A stretch of 64,000 bases of DNA. Origin: an uncultured Erysipelotrichaceae bacterium. GTDB taxonomy: Bacteria; Bacillota_I; Bacilli_A; RFN20; CAG-826. Where the stretch lies: the NCBI GenBank assembly GCA_902800355.1, contig CADCEE010000003.1, forward strand, positions 662-64,661, in the 5' to 3' direction. Below the pieces are notes generated by a model. The model saw only the letters and a program-made list of their open reading frames with translations, was not told the DNA's origin and did not search any database. Both the position numbers and the translations under genes were made by a program. This document shows, in pieces, positions 29,201-38,338 of the stretch. Every line of letters starts with the position of its first letter. The first letter of the stretch is position 1.

Positions 29201-30735
29201 CATTTGAAACATTCCTAGGATTTGAAGCGGATAAAGTTCCTGATATTGACTTAAACTTCCCAGGAGATTATCAAGCTACCGCTCACGAATATACAAAAGT
29301 CTTATTAGGTAAAGACAACGTCTTTAGAGCAGGAACAATTGAAACAGTTGCAGATAAAACTGCTTTTGGTTTTGCTCGAGGTTACATTGAAAGAAAATAT
29401 ATCGCTAACGGGATGAGCGAAGAAGACGCCAAAGAAGCAGCGATGAAATATCCTAAAGTGAAATTAGATTATTTAGCTAGCGGATGTGTAGGCGTTAAAC
29501 GTACTACCGGACAACATCCTGGTGGTATTGTTGTTATTCCTAGCGACCATACAGTTTATGATTTTACTCCAATTCAGTGGCCTGCAGATGAAGTTGATAG
29601 CGCCTGGAAAACTACTCACTTCGACTTCCATTCTATCCATGACACTATTTTAAAACTTGATATGCTTGGTCACGTTGACCCAGTCGCCTTAAAAATGATG
29701 TGTGATTTAACACATATTGATATTAAAGATATTCCAATGAATGATCCGGAAGTTTTAGCCTTGTTCTCTAAGACTGATTCTTTAAAATTAAATAATAATT
29801 ATTTAAATCAGTCTACCGGTGCGATGGCGATTCCAGAATTTGGTACTGATTTCGTTAGAGGTATATTAGAAAAAACTAAACCAACAACGTTCTCTGATTT
29901 GGTGATTATTTCTGGATTATCACACGGTACTAATGTATGGAACGGTAACGCGGAAACTTTAATTGATAATAAAACGACAACCTTACAAGAAGTGATTGGA
30001 TGTCGTGATGATATTATGGGATATCTTATTTCTAAAGGATTACCTTCTAGAGTGTCTTTTGCCATTATGGAAGATGTCCGTAAAGGAAGAGGCTTAAAAC
30101 CAGAATATGAAGAAGCGATGTTAGCGCACGGTGTCCCTTCTTGGTATATTGCCTCATGTAAGAAAATTAAATACATGTTCCCTAAAGGCCATGCGGTGGC
30201 TTACGTCACTATGGCTATAAGAGTGGGCTATTTTAAAGTCCATTATCCTTTAGAATTTTATGCTACTTTCTTCTCGGTTAGATCCAAACAATATGACATC
30301 ATCCCAATGATTAAGGGAGAAGATGCGATTATTAATCGTTTAGAACAACTAAGAGTCAAAGAAAAGACCACAGGAGAGAAATTAACTCCAAAAGAAGAAG
30401 AACAATATAAGACTCTTCAAATCGCTGTAGAAATGACAGAAAGAGGCTATAAATTTGAAAATATTGATCTATATCGAAGTGATGCGACTAAATTTGTAGT
30501 GGATCACGAAGCTAAAGCTCTTATTCCTCCATTTATCACTATTGATGGCTTAGGAGAAAATAACGCGATTACCGTTATTGAAGAGAGAACAAAAAAACCA
30601 TTTACTTCTAAAGAAGATTTACTTAGAAGAACTAAATTAACTTCCACGAATGTCAAAGATCTTTCTGACATGGGTGTTTTAGATAATTTAAATGAAAGCG
30701 ACCAGCTTTCCTTGTTTGACTTTGGAGACTTTTAA
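26263..30735 (+). CDS. polC: DNA polymerase III PolC-type
   Basis: PHP VELHLHSNMS, 3'-5' exonuclease VVFDFETTGLS / HNASFD, zinc finger CSHCHH...CPVCG, PDIDLNF. ATG at 26263 lies just after the rseP stop. Confidence 0.96.
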   Translation: MQEKMKSFLNSIHIENIDDFDLDFEMVGRNRFNYQQIDMIISKQVPWTYELLRQFQDGLNTINYPYTLHFSYKSRPTTKDAINLFDDWFRYLYRSDSDIELIPVSDSLIQINYLDESFKKRNEFIVNDFKDFLSFISYDFIDIEENVLPPKEVGVIADEETRKETVENASETAVEDIEQAKEEPEILDRNDVSALVEKEQSEKNALVEDQLLKEMKKNREIMLKERERARLNRRGKYVYIEKIEDITPESDHVDFNGKVFAKEVIERGDRKRLNFEVVDEFGGAIACNMYQNSQVDDDFVSQILNANVRVRGVAYVDDYSHQLVVKAHYIDLLPPKEIVPDATPIKRVELHLHSNMSTQDGIGTMNDYCAYAKKLGHTAMAITDHGCVQGFPDAQAAGKKHDIKMLYGCEFYMVDDQIKYVFNPKPVELNKASYVVFDFETTGLSARYEKIIEFGAVKIEHGAVVNQIDILINPEREITPKITKLTNITNEMVKSAPTIKEAMPKILEFIGDSILVTHNASFDIAFLNEALISLGQKEISNGVVDTLMLSRYAYPDARAHNLGSLCRRLEVKYDEESAHRADYDAFVLSEVWQALLVQLTKDNIHLKHEELQNLELVKEGIVHLRPKHVIAMAKNIEGLKDLYRLVSISNIDYFANLPRIPRRIISEYRKNLLIGSACFNGDVFETARYYSKDRLKEVCSFYDYIEVQPPENYSFLVNMGELTQEDVLTYIKDIIEAAKEINKTVVATGDVHYVTPEQKVFRDVYISAPQVGKVNHPLNPYSRRDVSPFENPDQHYRSTEEMLECFSFLDKDLAEEIVITNTNKIADMIDPILPVPNDHLYTPQIENVENKLKDLCFSNAHKLYGDPLPEFIQNRLDTELNGIISNGYSVIYYIAHELVKKSNEDGYIVGSRGSVGSSFVATMSGITEVNPLPPHYICSHCHHLEWGKENYPEVRSGFDLPPKKCPVCGEELIRDGQNIPFETFLGFEADKVPDIDLNFPGDYQATAHEYTKVLLGKDNVFRAGTIETVADKTAFGFARGYIERKYIANGMSEEDAKEAAMKYPKVKLDYLASGCVGVKRTTGQHPGGIVVIPSDHTVYDFTPIQWPADEVDSAWKTTHFDFHSIHDTILKLDMLGHVDPVALKMMCDLTHIDIKDIPMNDPEVLALFSKTDSLKLNNNYLNQSTGAMAIPEFGTDFVRGILEKTKPTTFSDLVIISGLSHGTNVWNGNAETLIDNKTTTLQEVIGCRDDIMGYLISKGLPSRVSFAIMEDVRKGRGLKPEYEEAMLAHGVPSWYIASCKKIKYMFPKGHAVAYVTMAIRVGYFKVHYPLEFYATFFSVRSKQYDIIPMIKGEDAIINRLEQLRVKEKTTGEKLTPKEEEQYKTLQIAVEMTERGYKFENIDLYRSDATKFVVDHEAKALIPPFITIDGLGENNAITVIEERTKKPFTSKEDLLRRTKLTSTNVKDLSDMGVLDNLNESDQLSLFDFGDF

Positions 30736-30737
30736 TT

Positions 30738-30814
30738 CGGGAAGTAGCGCAACTTGGTAGCGCGCAAGTTTCGGGTACTTGAGGTTACGGGTTCAAATCC
30801 CGCCTTCCCGACCA
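30738..30814 (+). tRNA. tRNA-Pro (anticodon CGG)
   Basis: Hand-folded cloverleaf: acceptor CGGGAAG/CTTCCCG, anticodon loop TTCGGGT, T-loop TTCAAAT, encoded CCA. Confidence 0.88.
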
Positions 30815-30828
30815 ATTAATTAACGATT

Positions 30829-31611
30829 ATGGGAAAATTAAAACAACTTTACAATTCTAGATTCGAATCTCGTATCCATGAGATTGATTTGATGCGTGGA
30901 TTTTTAATCTTGCTTGTGGTGTTTGATCATCTCATGTGGTTTATTAACTACTACATTTTCCATTATAGTAGTGGATTCCTCACTTGGTATTGGACTAGCA
31001 ATTTAAGATTTGTTGTTCGTCAAGTTGTTTTAATGCTTTTCATGTTTACTTGTGGAGTATCTTGCCACTTATCTAGAAATAATAAAAAGCGAGGTTTATT
31101 ACTTTTAGGGGTATCGATATTTATTATGCTTGGTACCCATATCTTACAGTTAACATCTTTATTTGGCTCTAGAGTGGTGATCGTGGATATTAATATTTTA
31201 GGGGTTATTGCCTTATCAATATTGCTATACGCTTTATGTCAAAGACTAAGTTCAAAGAATTTGTTCTTTGTGGTGGGATTATTAATTCTATTTTATGTAT
31301 TAATCACTGTTACTTATAATCAATACAATGATGGAACTTATAATCCTTTAACAGCGATGTTATATTGTCCTTTTAATCCAATTAAAGCGGGATATGTTGG
31401 GGATTATCTTCCTTTATTCCCTTATGTTATTTTCTTATTCTTAGGAGTGATATTCGCTAGATACGTCTATAAAGAAAAAAAGAGTGTCATTTCTAAAAAA
31501 GGAAGATGGGAAAAACCAATTTGTTTACTTGGTCGACATACCTTAGTAATTTATATTGCTCATGAAGTAATATTTACTGGTCTATTTATGCTGATAGGAG
31601 TGTTTATCTAA
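30829..31611 (+). CDS. membrane acyltransferase-like protein (DUF1624 / HGSNAT catalytic-domain-like)
   Basis: N-terminal RIHEIDLMRGFLILLVVFDH motif and about 8 TM segments. Confidence 0.5.
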   Translation: MGKLKQLYNSRFESRIHEIDLMRGFLILLVVFDHLMWFINYYIFHYSSGFLTWYWTSNLRFVVRQVVLMLFMFTCGVSCHLSRNNKKRGLLLLGVSIFIMLGTHILQLTSLFGSRVVIVDINILGVIALSILLYALCQRLSSKNLFFVVGLLILFYVLITVTYNQYNDGTYNPLTAMLYCPFNPIKAGYVGDYLPLFPYVIFLFLGVIFARYVYKEKKSVISKKGRWEKPICLLGRHTLVIYIAHEVIFTGLFMLIGVFI

Positions 31612-31612
31612 T

Positions 31613-33247
31613 ATGGTAGAAGAATTAACTTTATATCAGGCATATAAATATGGAGCGGAAAAAGTTCCTAAAGAAACAGCGATTTATTATTTTAACGGTA
31701 AATTATCTTTTGCTAAGCTCTTAGAAAAAATTGATGAGATGGCCGCCATTTTACAAAATCAATTTTTAATCAAAAAAGGAGAGTCGGTTTTAGTATCTCT
31801 TCCTAATATCCCACAAACAATTATTTTGTTCTATGCGATTAATAAAATTGGAGCGATTTGTAATATGGTTCATCCAAATTCACCTTGTGAAGTGATGCAG
31901 CACTATTACGATGACTCTAACTGTAAGTTAGCGTTCCTATTTGATCAAAAAGTTTACAAAGAATTAATCGATTACCGTAAATTTAACGGTCACATTGTTG
32001 TTTGTCAGGCAGGAAGTTTTTTACCTCGCTATCAAAAGCGTGCTTATAAGATTCAAAATTCCTGGGCTACTAAGATGCTTAGAAAAGAAAAGAAATTCTT
32101 CTTCTATGATGATTTAAAGCGTATCAAGATTGATGGAGTGGAAGTTCCTTTACTTAAAGAAGAGACTTGTGTCTTGCTTCATAGTGCCTCTACTACTGGG
32201 GAAGCAAAAACTATTTGTTTAAGTTCTCGTAGCTTCAATTTTACCGCTAGTAGGATTAGCGAAATTATGTGTATGAGTCCTAGCGAATTTATTGGTAAAT
32301 CTCTTGTTTCAGTTCTCCCTAGTTTCCATGGGTTTGGTTTATGTATGACCATGCACGCGCCACTTGTGAATTCTTTTGGAGTAGTTCTTATTCCTAAATT
32401 CTCTGCTAAAGCAGTTTCTAAGATGATGAATAAATGTAAAAATGTCATCTGTATATGTGGAGTACCATCTGTCTTTAAAGCTTTATTAAACGAGAAGTCA
32501 TTTATTAAAAATAAACACTTAAAAGAGTTAGGTAGTTGTTTCTCTGGAGGCGATAGCCTTAACAGCAAAATTAAAGAAGTCTTTGATGCGGTGATGATTA
32601 AAAGAAAATCAAATTGCCGTTTATTTGAAGGATATGGCTTGACCGAAGCTTTATCAGTGTGTTCTGTTAACACCCATAGACATCATAAATATGGCTCAAT
32701 TGGTTATCCTATTTCTGGAGTTAAATTCCGTATTTTAGATGATAACGACAAAGTATTAAAACCTGGCCAAATTGGAGAAATTTCTATTAAGAGTGATAAT
32801 AATATGCTTGGTTATTATAAAGATGAGGAAGCATCTAAAAATGTCTACACTAGTGATGGTTATTTAAAAACTGGAGACCTTGGCTATATTGATGAAGATG
32901 GATTCTTATATTTTAAAACTCGTAAAAAACGTGTTATTAAGGTATCTGGAGTAGCGGTTTTCCCTAGTGAAATTGAAGAAGTCATTTCTCGTATGTCAGG
33001 AATTACAGCTGTTTGCGTTATTCAAATCCCTGATGAGAAATTAATTAATGCAGTTAAAGCGGTAATAGTGGGCAAAAACAAAAACAAAGAACGTATTGTT
33101 TCTGAATGCCAAAAGAAATTAATTTCTTGGGCTGTTCCAAAAGAAATAGAGTTTGTTGATTCTTTGCCATACACTAAATATCACAAAATCAACTATATGA
33201 AAGTTCAAGAGGAGGAGAACAAGAAACGTCAAATCCCTGAATCATAA
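31613..33247 (+). CDS. AMP-dependent acyl-CoA synthetase/ligase
   Basis: AMP-binding motifs HSASTTGEAKT, EGYGLTE, TGDLGYIDEDGFLYFKTRKKRVIKVSG. Confidence 0.82.
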   Translation: MVEELTLYQAYKYGAEKVPKETAIYYFNGKLSFAKLLEKIDEMAAILQNQFLIKKGESVLVSLPNIPQTIILFYAINKIGAICNMVHPNSPCEVMQHYYDDSNCKLAFLFDQKVYKELIDYRKFNGHIVVCQAGSFLPRYQKRAYKIQNSWATKMLRKEKKFFFYDDLKRIKIDGVEVPLLKEETCVLLHSASTTGEAKTICLSSRSFNFTASRISEIMCMSPSEFIGKSLVSVLPSFHGFGLCMTMHAPLVNSFGVVLIPKFSAKAVSKMMNKCKNVICICGVPSVFKALLNEKSFIKNKHLKELGSCFSGGDSLNSKIKEVFDAVMIKRKSNCRLFEGYGLTEALSVCSVNTHRHHKYGSIGYPISGVKFRILDDNDKVLKPGQIGEISIKSDNNMLGYYKDEEASKNVYTSDGYLKTGDLGYIDEDGFLYFKTRKKRVIKVSGVAVFPSEIEEVISRMSGITAVCVIQIPDEKLINAVKAVIVGKNKNKERIVSECQKKLISWAVPKEIEFVDSLPYTKYHKINYMKVQEEENKKRQIPES

Positions 33248-33253
33248 TTTTAT

Positions 33254-33338
33254 GTGGCTATGGCGGAATTGGTAGACGCGCTAGTTTCAGACGCTAGTGG
33301 AGAAATCCATGGAGGTTCAAGTCCTCTTAGCCACACCA
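33254..33338 (+). tRNA. tRNA-Leu (anticodon CAG)
   Basis: Acceptor GTGGCTA/TAGCCAC, anticodon loop TTCAGAC, long variable arm, T-loop TTCAAGT, encoded CCA. Confidence 0.88.
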
Positions 33339-33348
33339 ATTATTCATT

Positions 33349-33368
33349 ACGGGTATAACCCGTTTTCT
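33349..33368 (+). terminator. short terminator-like hairpin after tRNA-Leu(CAG)
   Basis: acggg/cccgt stem, loop tataa, then tttc. Confidence 0.4.
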
Positions 33369-33376
33369 TATAAAAT

Positions 33377-34759
33377 ATGAGCAAAATCCATTTATCAGAC
33401 CATTTTACTTATAAGAAAATACTGAGATTTACCATCTCTCCAATTTTAATGATGTTTATCACTTCAATATATTGGATAGTAGATGGTTTCTTTTTAACTA
33501 ATTACGCTTCTAGTAGCGCTTTTGCAGGTGTTAATTTGATCTTTCCAATCATTATGATTGTCGCTTGTGTTGGCTTTATGTTTGGAGCAGGAGGAGCCGC
33601 GTTAGTTTCTAAATATTTAGGAGAGAAAAGAAACGAAAAGGCTAATAAAACTTTTTCTTTAATCACTTATACAACTTTAATTTCAGGTCTAGTGCTTGGA
33701 CTTGCCTTCTTTTTTGCGATTAGACCAATTGCTCAAGGCTTTGCTTCGATTAATTCTGTCGCTACATCAGAAGAGATGATTGATAATGCGGAAATTTATG
33801 GACGCATTATGATGGGTGGAGTGGTTTTATTTATGTTACAGGGATATTTCCACTGCATGTTCTCTGTTAATGAGACTAGCCACTTAGGATTTATTTTCTC
33901 TTTATCTAGTGGATTAGTAAATATGTTACTAGATTATATTCTAGTAGGAGTTTGTGGTTATGGTGCTTCTGGAGCGGCTTTTGCTTCTTTAGCGGGAATG
34001 TTTATCTCTGCAATTGGTCCGTTATTATATTTCTTTATAAGAAAGAAGAATTTAATTAGATTAGGTAAAGCGGAATTTGATATCAAAGATATATTTAAAA
34101 GTGTCACTAATGGGAGTAGTGAATTCGTTGGTAATGTTTCTAGTAGTTTGATTGCTATTTTATTTAATATGCAACTATTAAAATATATTGGCGAAATTGG
34201 AGTAGCAGCATATGGAGTAATTGGTTATGTCTGCTTTATTTTCTTTTCGATATTCTCTGGATATACGATGGGGATATCTCCGGTTATTGCTTATAACTAT
34301 GGAGCAAAAAATAAAAGCGAATTATCTAATGTGATAAAACTCAGTTTTAATTTTGTAGCGGTGTCTGGATTTTTAATGACTATATTATCTTTAGCATTAT
34401 CTAGGCCATTATCGATGATATTCGCTAATAACTATCCTGAATTATTAGAATTATCTGTTAGGGCTATGGTAATTTATTCAGCTTGTTATTTTATTGCCGG
34501 TTTCTCGATGTTTGGCTCTGGCTTATTTACCGCGCTTAATAATGGATTATTGTCTGCCTTGATATCGATATGTCGAACTTTAGTGTTTCAAGTTTCTTCA
34601 GTGATGCTACTTCCTTTAATTATGGGAGTGGACGGAATATGGCTTTCTATTGTTGTTGCCGAATTATTAGCGACAATCCTAACTTTAATCATTGTTTTTA
34701 AAAAACAAAATACATATGGATACTCATTAACTCCAAAATGGAGAAAAGAGCCAAAATAA
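33377..34759 (+). CDS. MATE family efflux transporter
   Basis: 460 aa, 12 TM, typical MATE N-terminus (ISPILMMFITSIYWIVDGFF). Confidence 0.85.
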   Translation: MSKIHLSDHFTYKKILRFTISPILMMFITSIYWIVDGFFLTNYASSSAFAGVNLIFPIIMIVACVGFMFGAGGAALVSKYLGEKRNEKANKTFSLITYTTLISGLVLGLAFFFAIRPIAQGFASINSVATSEEMIDNAEIYGRIMMGGVVLFMLQGYFHCMFSVNETSHLGFIFSLSSGLVNMLLDYILVGVCGYGASGAAFASLAGMFISAIGPLLYFFIRKKNLIRLGKAEFDIKDIFKSVTNGSSEFVGNVSSSLIAILFNMQLLKYIGEIGVAAYGVIGYVCFIFFSIFSGYTMGISPVIAYNYGAKNKSELSNVIKLSFNFVAVSGFLMTILSLALSRPLSMIFANNYPELLELSVRAMVIYSACYFIAGFSMFGSGLFTALNNGLLSALISICRTLVFQVSSVMLLPLIMGVDGIWLSIVVAELLATILTLIIVFKKQNTYGYSLTPKWRKEPK

Positions 34760-34801
34760 CTCTTTATATTAATTATTCATTAGTAATATAATATTGCTAA
34801 T

Positions 34802-34887
34802 GCCCGAGTGGTGAAATTGGTAGACGCAATGGACTCAAAATCCATCGGTTAACAGCCATGTCGGTTCGAGTCCGACCCCGGGCACCA
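34802..34887 (+). tRNA. tRNA-Leu (anticodon CAA)
   Basis: Acceptor GCCCGAG/CCCGGGC (one A-C mismatch), anticodon loop CTCAAAA, long variable arm, T-loop TTCGAGT, CCA. TATAAT at 34787-34792 lies upstream. Confidence 0.85.
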
Positions 34888-34960
34888 AATATAGCAATAA
34901 TAAAGTAATAAATTACTTTAGATATAGAATATTATATAAGTTAATTGGAGGGGAATAATC

Positions 34961-35791
34961 ATGTCAAAAGCGGATCAAATCTTTGTTCAAAATATGAAAG
35001 ACATTTTAGAAAATGGTTTTTCTGATGAAAAATTAGATGTTAGACCACATTGGGAAGATGGAACCCCCGCGCATACGATTAAGAAATTTTGTATTGTTAA
35101 TCGCTATAATTTACAAGAAGAACTTCCAATTTTAACAATTAGAAGAACTGCCTTTAAATCATGTTTAGATGAATTACTTTGGATTTGGCAAAAGAAATCT
35201 AATAACATCCACGATTTAAAAAGCCATATTTGGGATTCTTGGGCGGATGAAACTGGCTCTATTGGTAAAGCATATGGCTATCAACTTGGAATTAAACACC
35301 AATATAAAGAAGGGGAGTTTGATCAAGTCGATAGAGTGCTATATGACTTAAAACATAATCCTCAATCTAGAAGAATCTTAACTAATATTTATAATTTTCA
35401 AGACTTACATGAGATGAATTTATATCCTTGTGCCTATTCTATGACTTTTAATGTCAGTGGTGACACGCTTAACGGTATTTTAAATCAAAGAAGTAATGAT
35501 ATGTTAACTGCGAATAACTGGAATGTTTTACAGTATTCATTATTATTAATAATGTTTGCTCAAGTTTCTGGACTTAAAGCCGGTGAATTAGTCCATGTTA
35601 TCGCTGATGCACATATCTATGATCGACATGTTGATATTGTTAAAGAAGTGATCGCTAAACCACAACATAAAGCCCCTAAACTTTGGGTTGATCCAAGTAT
35701 TAAAAACTTTTATGATTTCACTGTTGATTCTTTCAAGTTAATTGACTATGAATTTGAACCTTTAGATAAGAAAATTCCGGTAGCGATTTAA
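34961..35791 (+). CDS. thyA: thymidylate synthase
   Basis: RRILTNIYN, catalytic LYPCAYSMTF, NQRSNDM. ggagggg RBS. Confidence 0.96.
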   Translation: MSKADQIFVQNMKDILENGFSDEKLDVRPHWEDGTPAHTIKKFCIVNRYNLQEELPILTIRRTAFKSCLDELLWIWQKKSNNIHDLKSHIWDSWADETGSIGKAYGYQLGIKHQYKEGEFDQVDRVLYDLKHNPQSRRILTNIYNFQDLHEMNLYPCAYSMTFNVSGDTLNGILNQRSNDMLTANNWNVLQYSLLLIMFAQVSGLKAGELVHVIADAHIYDRHVDIVKEVIAKPQHKAPKLWVDPSIKNFYDFTVDSFKLIDYEFEPLDKKIPVAI

Positions 35792-35793
35792 TT

Positions 35794-36306
35794 ATGATTA
35801 TAACTATTTTATGTGTTGATAAAGCCTGGGGTATTGGAAGACGTAACGGTCTATTATTTTCTCTTCCTAAGGATATGAAGTTTTTTAAAGAAACTACTTT
35901 AAATCATGTAGTGGCTTTAGGAGAAAATACTTTATTGTCCTTCCCTAATTCTAAGCCGCTTAAAAATAGACATCACATCGTGATTAGCCAAGACGAATCT
36001 CATAACTATGTAGGAGTGGAAAATGTCCATGACTTCCAAGAGTTTTTAAAAGCGATTGCTAAACATGCAGAAAACGAAGATGTCTATATCATTGGAGGAG
36101 CTTCAATTTATCGACAAACTCTTCCATATGTTAATAAAGTTTTATTAACAAAAGTTGATGCGATTGGAGGAGCGGAGCTTTTCTTCCCTAACTTAGATAA
36201 AGACCCTTATTTCGAATTAAAAGAACAATCTGAAGTTATTGAAGATAATGGATATAATATTCGATTTTGCACGTATATTAATAAGCACCCATTAAAGATT
36301 AAGTAG
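35794..36306 (+). CDS. folA: dihydrofolate reductase
   Basis: WGIGRRNGLLFSLPKDMKFFKETT, IIGGASIY. Coupled to thyA. Confidence 0.9.
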   Translation: MIITILCVDKAWGIGRRNGLLFSLPKDMKFFKETTLNHVVALGENTLLSFPNSKPLKNRHHIVISQDESHNYVGVENVHDFQEFLKAIAKHAENEDVYIIGGASIYRQTLPYVNKVLLTKVDAIGGAELFFPNLDKDPYFELKEQSEVIEDNGYNIRFCTYINKHPLKIK

Positions 36307-36316
36307 GACGATATTT

Positions 36317-36393
36317 GCCGTCTTAGCTCAATCTGGCAGAGCAACTGAATCGTAATCAGTAGGTTGTAGGTTCAATTCCTATAGACGGCACCA
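36317..36393 (+). tRNA. tRNA-Thr (anticodon CGT)
   Basis: Acceptor GCCGTCT/AGACGGC, anticodon loop ATCGTAA, T-loop TTCAATT, CCA. Confidence 0.88.
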
Positions 36394-36580
36394 ATTAGTT
36401 AATTTAGCCCCCTTAAAAGGGGTTTTATTATTTTTATAAATATTTGTTCTTAACAAATTAATATAAAACCCATAAAATAGTAGCAGTTATTTTATGCAGA
36501 GAATAAACAGACATCGTCTTATTTTTCTAAAGGTGTCTCTTGCTTTGTATAGATAGTTCGTTCTTAAGAAAGGAGAGCTT

Positions 36581-38338
36581 ATGTTCAAGCTATTATTTAA
36601 AAACATGACGGCTAGACAATGGGTCGCAGTAGTGTTTATTTTCCTACTCACCTTAGCTCAAGTCTATTTCATGATGACAATCGTCTCCTATATTGGCTTG
36701 TTAACCGCTGCTGTTGGTGCTGCTAGTACACAAGGTACTGAAGCGGTATGGTTAAATGGATTAGGAATGATTGTTTGTGCTGTAGCGATGGTGGTTGTTG
36801 ATATCATCATCAAAATCATTGCTAGTGCGACTGCTAGTGGTACAGTTACTCGATTAAGACAAAAGTTATATGAAAGAGTCAATGAATTCGCAATTGCAGA
36901 CTTTGCGTCTTTCTCAACTGAATCTTTAATTACTAGAACCACAAACGACATTCAAAATGTTCACCTTGCTTGGTTAACATTCTTAAAGACCGCATTTGTG
37001 GCTCCTGTCACCATGGTCTGGTCTGTTATCTTACTTGCAACACAAGCAAACGCTAAATTAACAATTGTTACTGTAGTTTGGGTTGTCTTATTAGTCGCTG
37101 CTGTTGCCATCTTATTATTTATGGTGACACCTAAATTTAGAATCATTCAAAAATTAACCGATGCTCTTAACGTTTCAAGTAGAGAAAATCTTACCGGCGT
37201 GAGAGTGGTTAGAGCCTTTAATGCTGAAACTTATCAAGAAGAAAAATTCGACAAAGTTAATGTCCCATATACAAAGACTCAAATCTTTATTGGTCGTGTA
37301 TTAGCCTTCTTTACCCCATTTGTGATGATGGTTATGATGGGCTTATCTTTATCTATTTTATGGGTTAGTGCTTATATTATTAATGGATTAAGCCTTGAGG
37401 CCGCTACCAATGCCTTTAACTCTAATAACTCATTCGTCATGCTTGCTAGCCAAATCGTTATGTCATTCATTTTAGTGATTACCTTAATTGTTATTTGGCC
37501 AAGAGCCTCTGTTAGTGCGAAACGTATTCGTGAAGTTATTGGTCATTCAGTTTCTGTTTTAGACACTGATCATCCAGTAGAGTTCAAAGAAAAAGGAACC
37601 ATCGAATTTAAAAACGTTGGCTTTGCTTATCCTGGCAGCGATAAAGAAGCGGTTTCCAATATCTCCTTTAAAGTTAATAAAGGTGAAACCATTGCTTTTA
37701 TCGGGGCAACTGGTAGTGGAAAAACCACAATTATTAATTTAATTCCTCGTATGGCAGACTGCACTAGTGGTGAAGTTTTAGTCGATGGAGTTAATGTTAA
37801 AGATGTTTTACAATCCGATTTAAGAGATCGTATTGGTTACGCTCCTCAAAGAGGGTTCTTATTTAAAGGTAATATTAAAGATAATATTGCCTTAAAAGAT
37901 CCAAATATGACTTTAGCCGATGTTAAATGGGCTGCTGAAATCGCTGATGCGGATGGCTTTGTTATGAATAAACGTAACGGCTATGATTCTGAAGTTGCTC
38001 AAGGCGGATCTAACTTCTCTGGTGGACAAAAACAGAGACTTTGTATCGCTAGAGCAATTGCCCCTAAACCAGAAATTTTAATCTTTGATGATTCTTTCTC
38101 AGCCTTAGACTATCGTACTGATAAAGTTGTTAGAGGAAGAATTGCGGAAAGACTTCCAGAAGCCACTAGAGTGATTATTGCTCAACGTGTTGGTACTATT
38201 ATGGACGCTGACCAAATCGTCGTATTAGACCATGGTCAAATGGTGGGCTTAGGTAAACATAAAGACTTAATTAGAAATTGTCCAGTTTACCAAGAAATTG
38301 CCTTATCTCAATTAAGTAAGGAGGAATTAGGATTATGA
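36581..38338 (+). CDS. ABC exporter, fused permease/ATPase subunit 1 (multidrug-type heterodimer)
   Basis: 6-TM domain, then Walker A GATGSGKTT, signature FSGGQKQR, Walker B ILIFDD. Confidence 0.88.
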   Translation: MFKLLFKNMTARQWVAVVFIFLLTLAQVYFMMTIVSYIGLLTAAVGAASTQGTEAVWLNGLGMIVCAVAMVVVDIIIKIIASATASGTVTRLRQKLYERVNEFAIADFASFSTESLITRTTNDIQNVHLAWLTFLKTAFVAPVTMVWSVILLATQANAKLTIVTVVWVVLLVAAVAILLFMVTPKFRIIQKLTDALNVSSRENLTGVRVVRAFNAETYQEEKFDKVNVPYTKTQIFIGRVLAFFTPFVMMVMMGLSLSILWVSAYIINGLSLEAATNAFNSNNSFVMLASQIVMSFILVITLIVIWPRASVSAKRIREVIGHSVSVLDTDHPVEFKEKGTIEFKNVGFAYPGSDKEAVSNISFKVNKGETIAFIGATGSGKTTIINLIPRMADCTSGEVLVDGVNVKDVLQSDLRDRIGYAPQRGFLFKGNIKDNIALKDPNMTLADVKWAAEIADADGFVMNKRNGYDSEVAQGGSNFSGGQKQRLCIARAIAPKPEILIFDDSFSALDYRTDKVVRGRIAERLPEATRVIIAQRVGTIMDADQIVVLDHGQMVGLGKHKDLIRNCPVYQEIALSQLSKEELGL

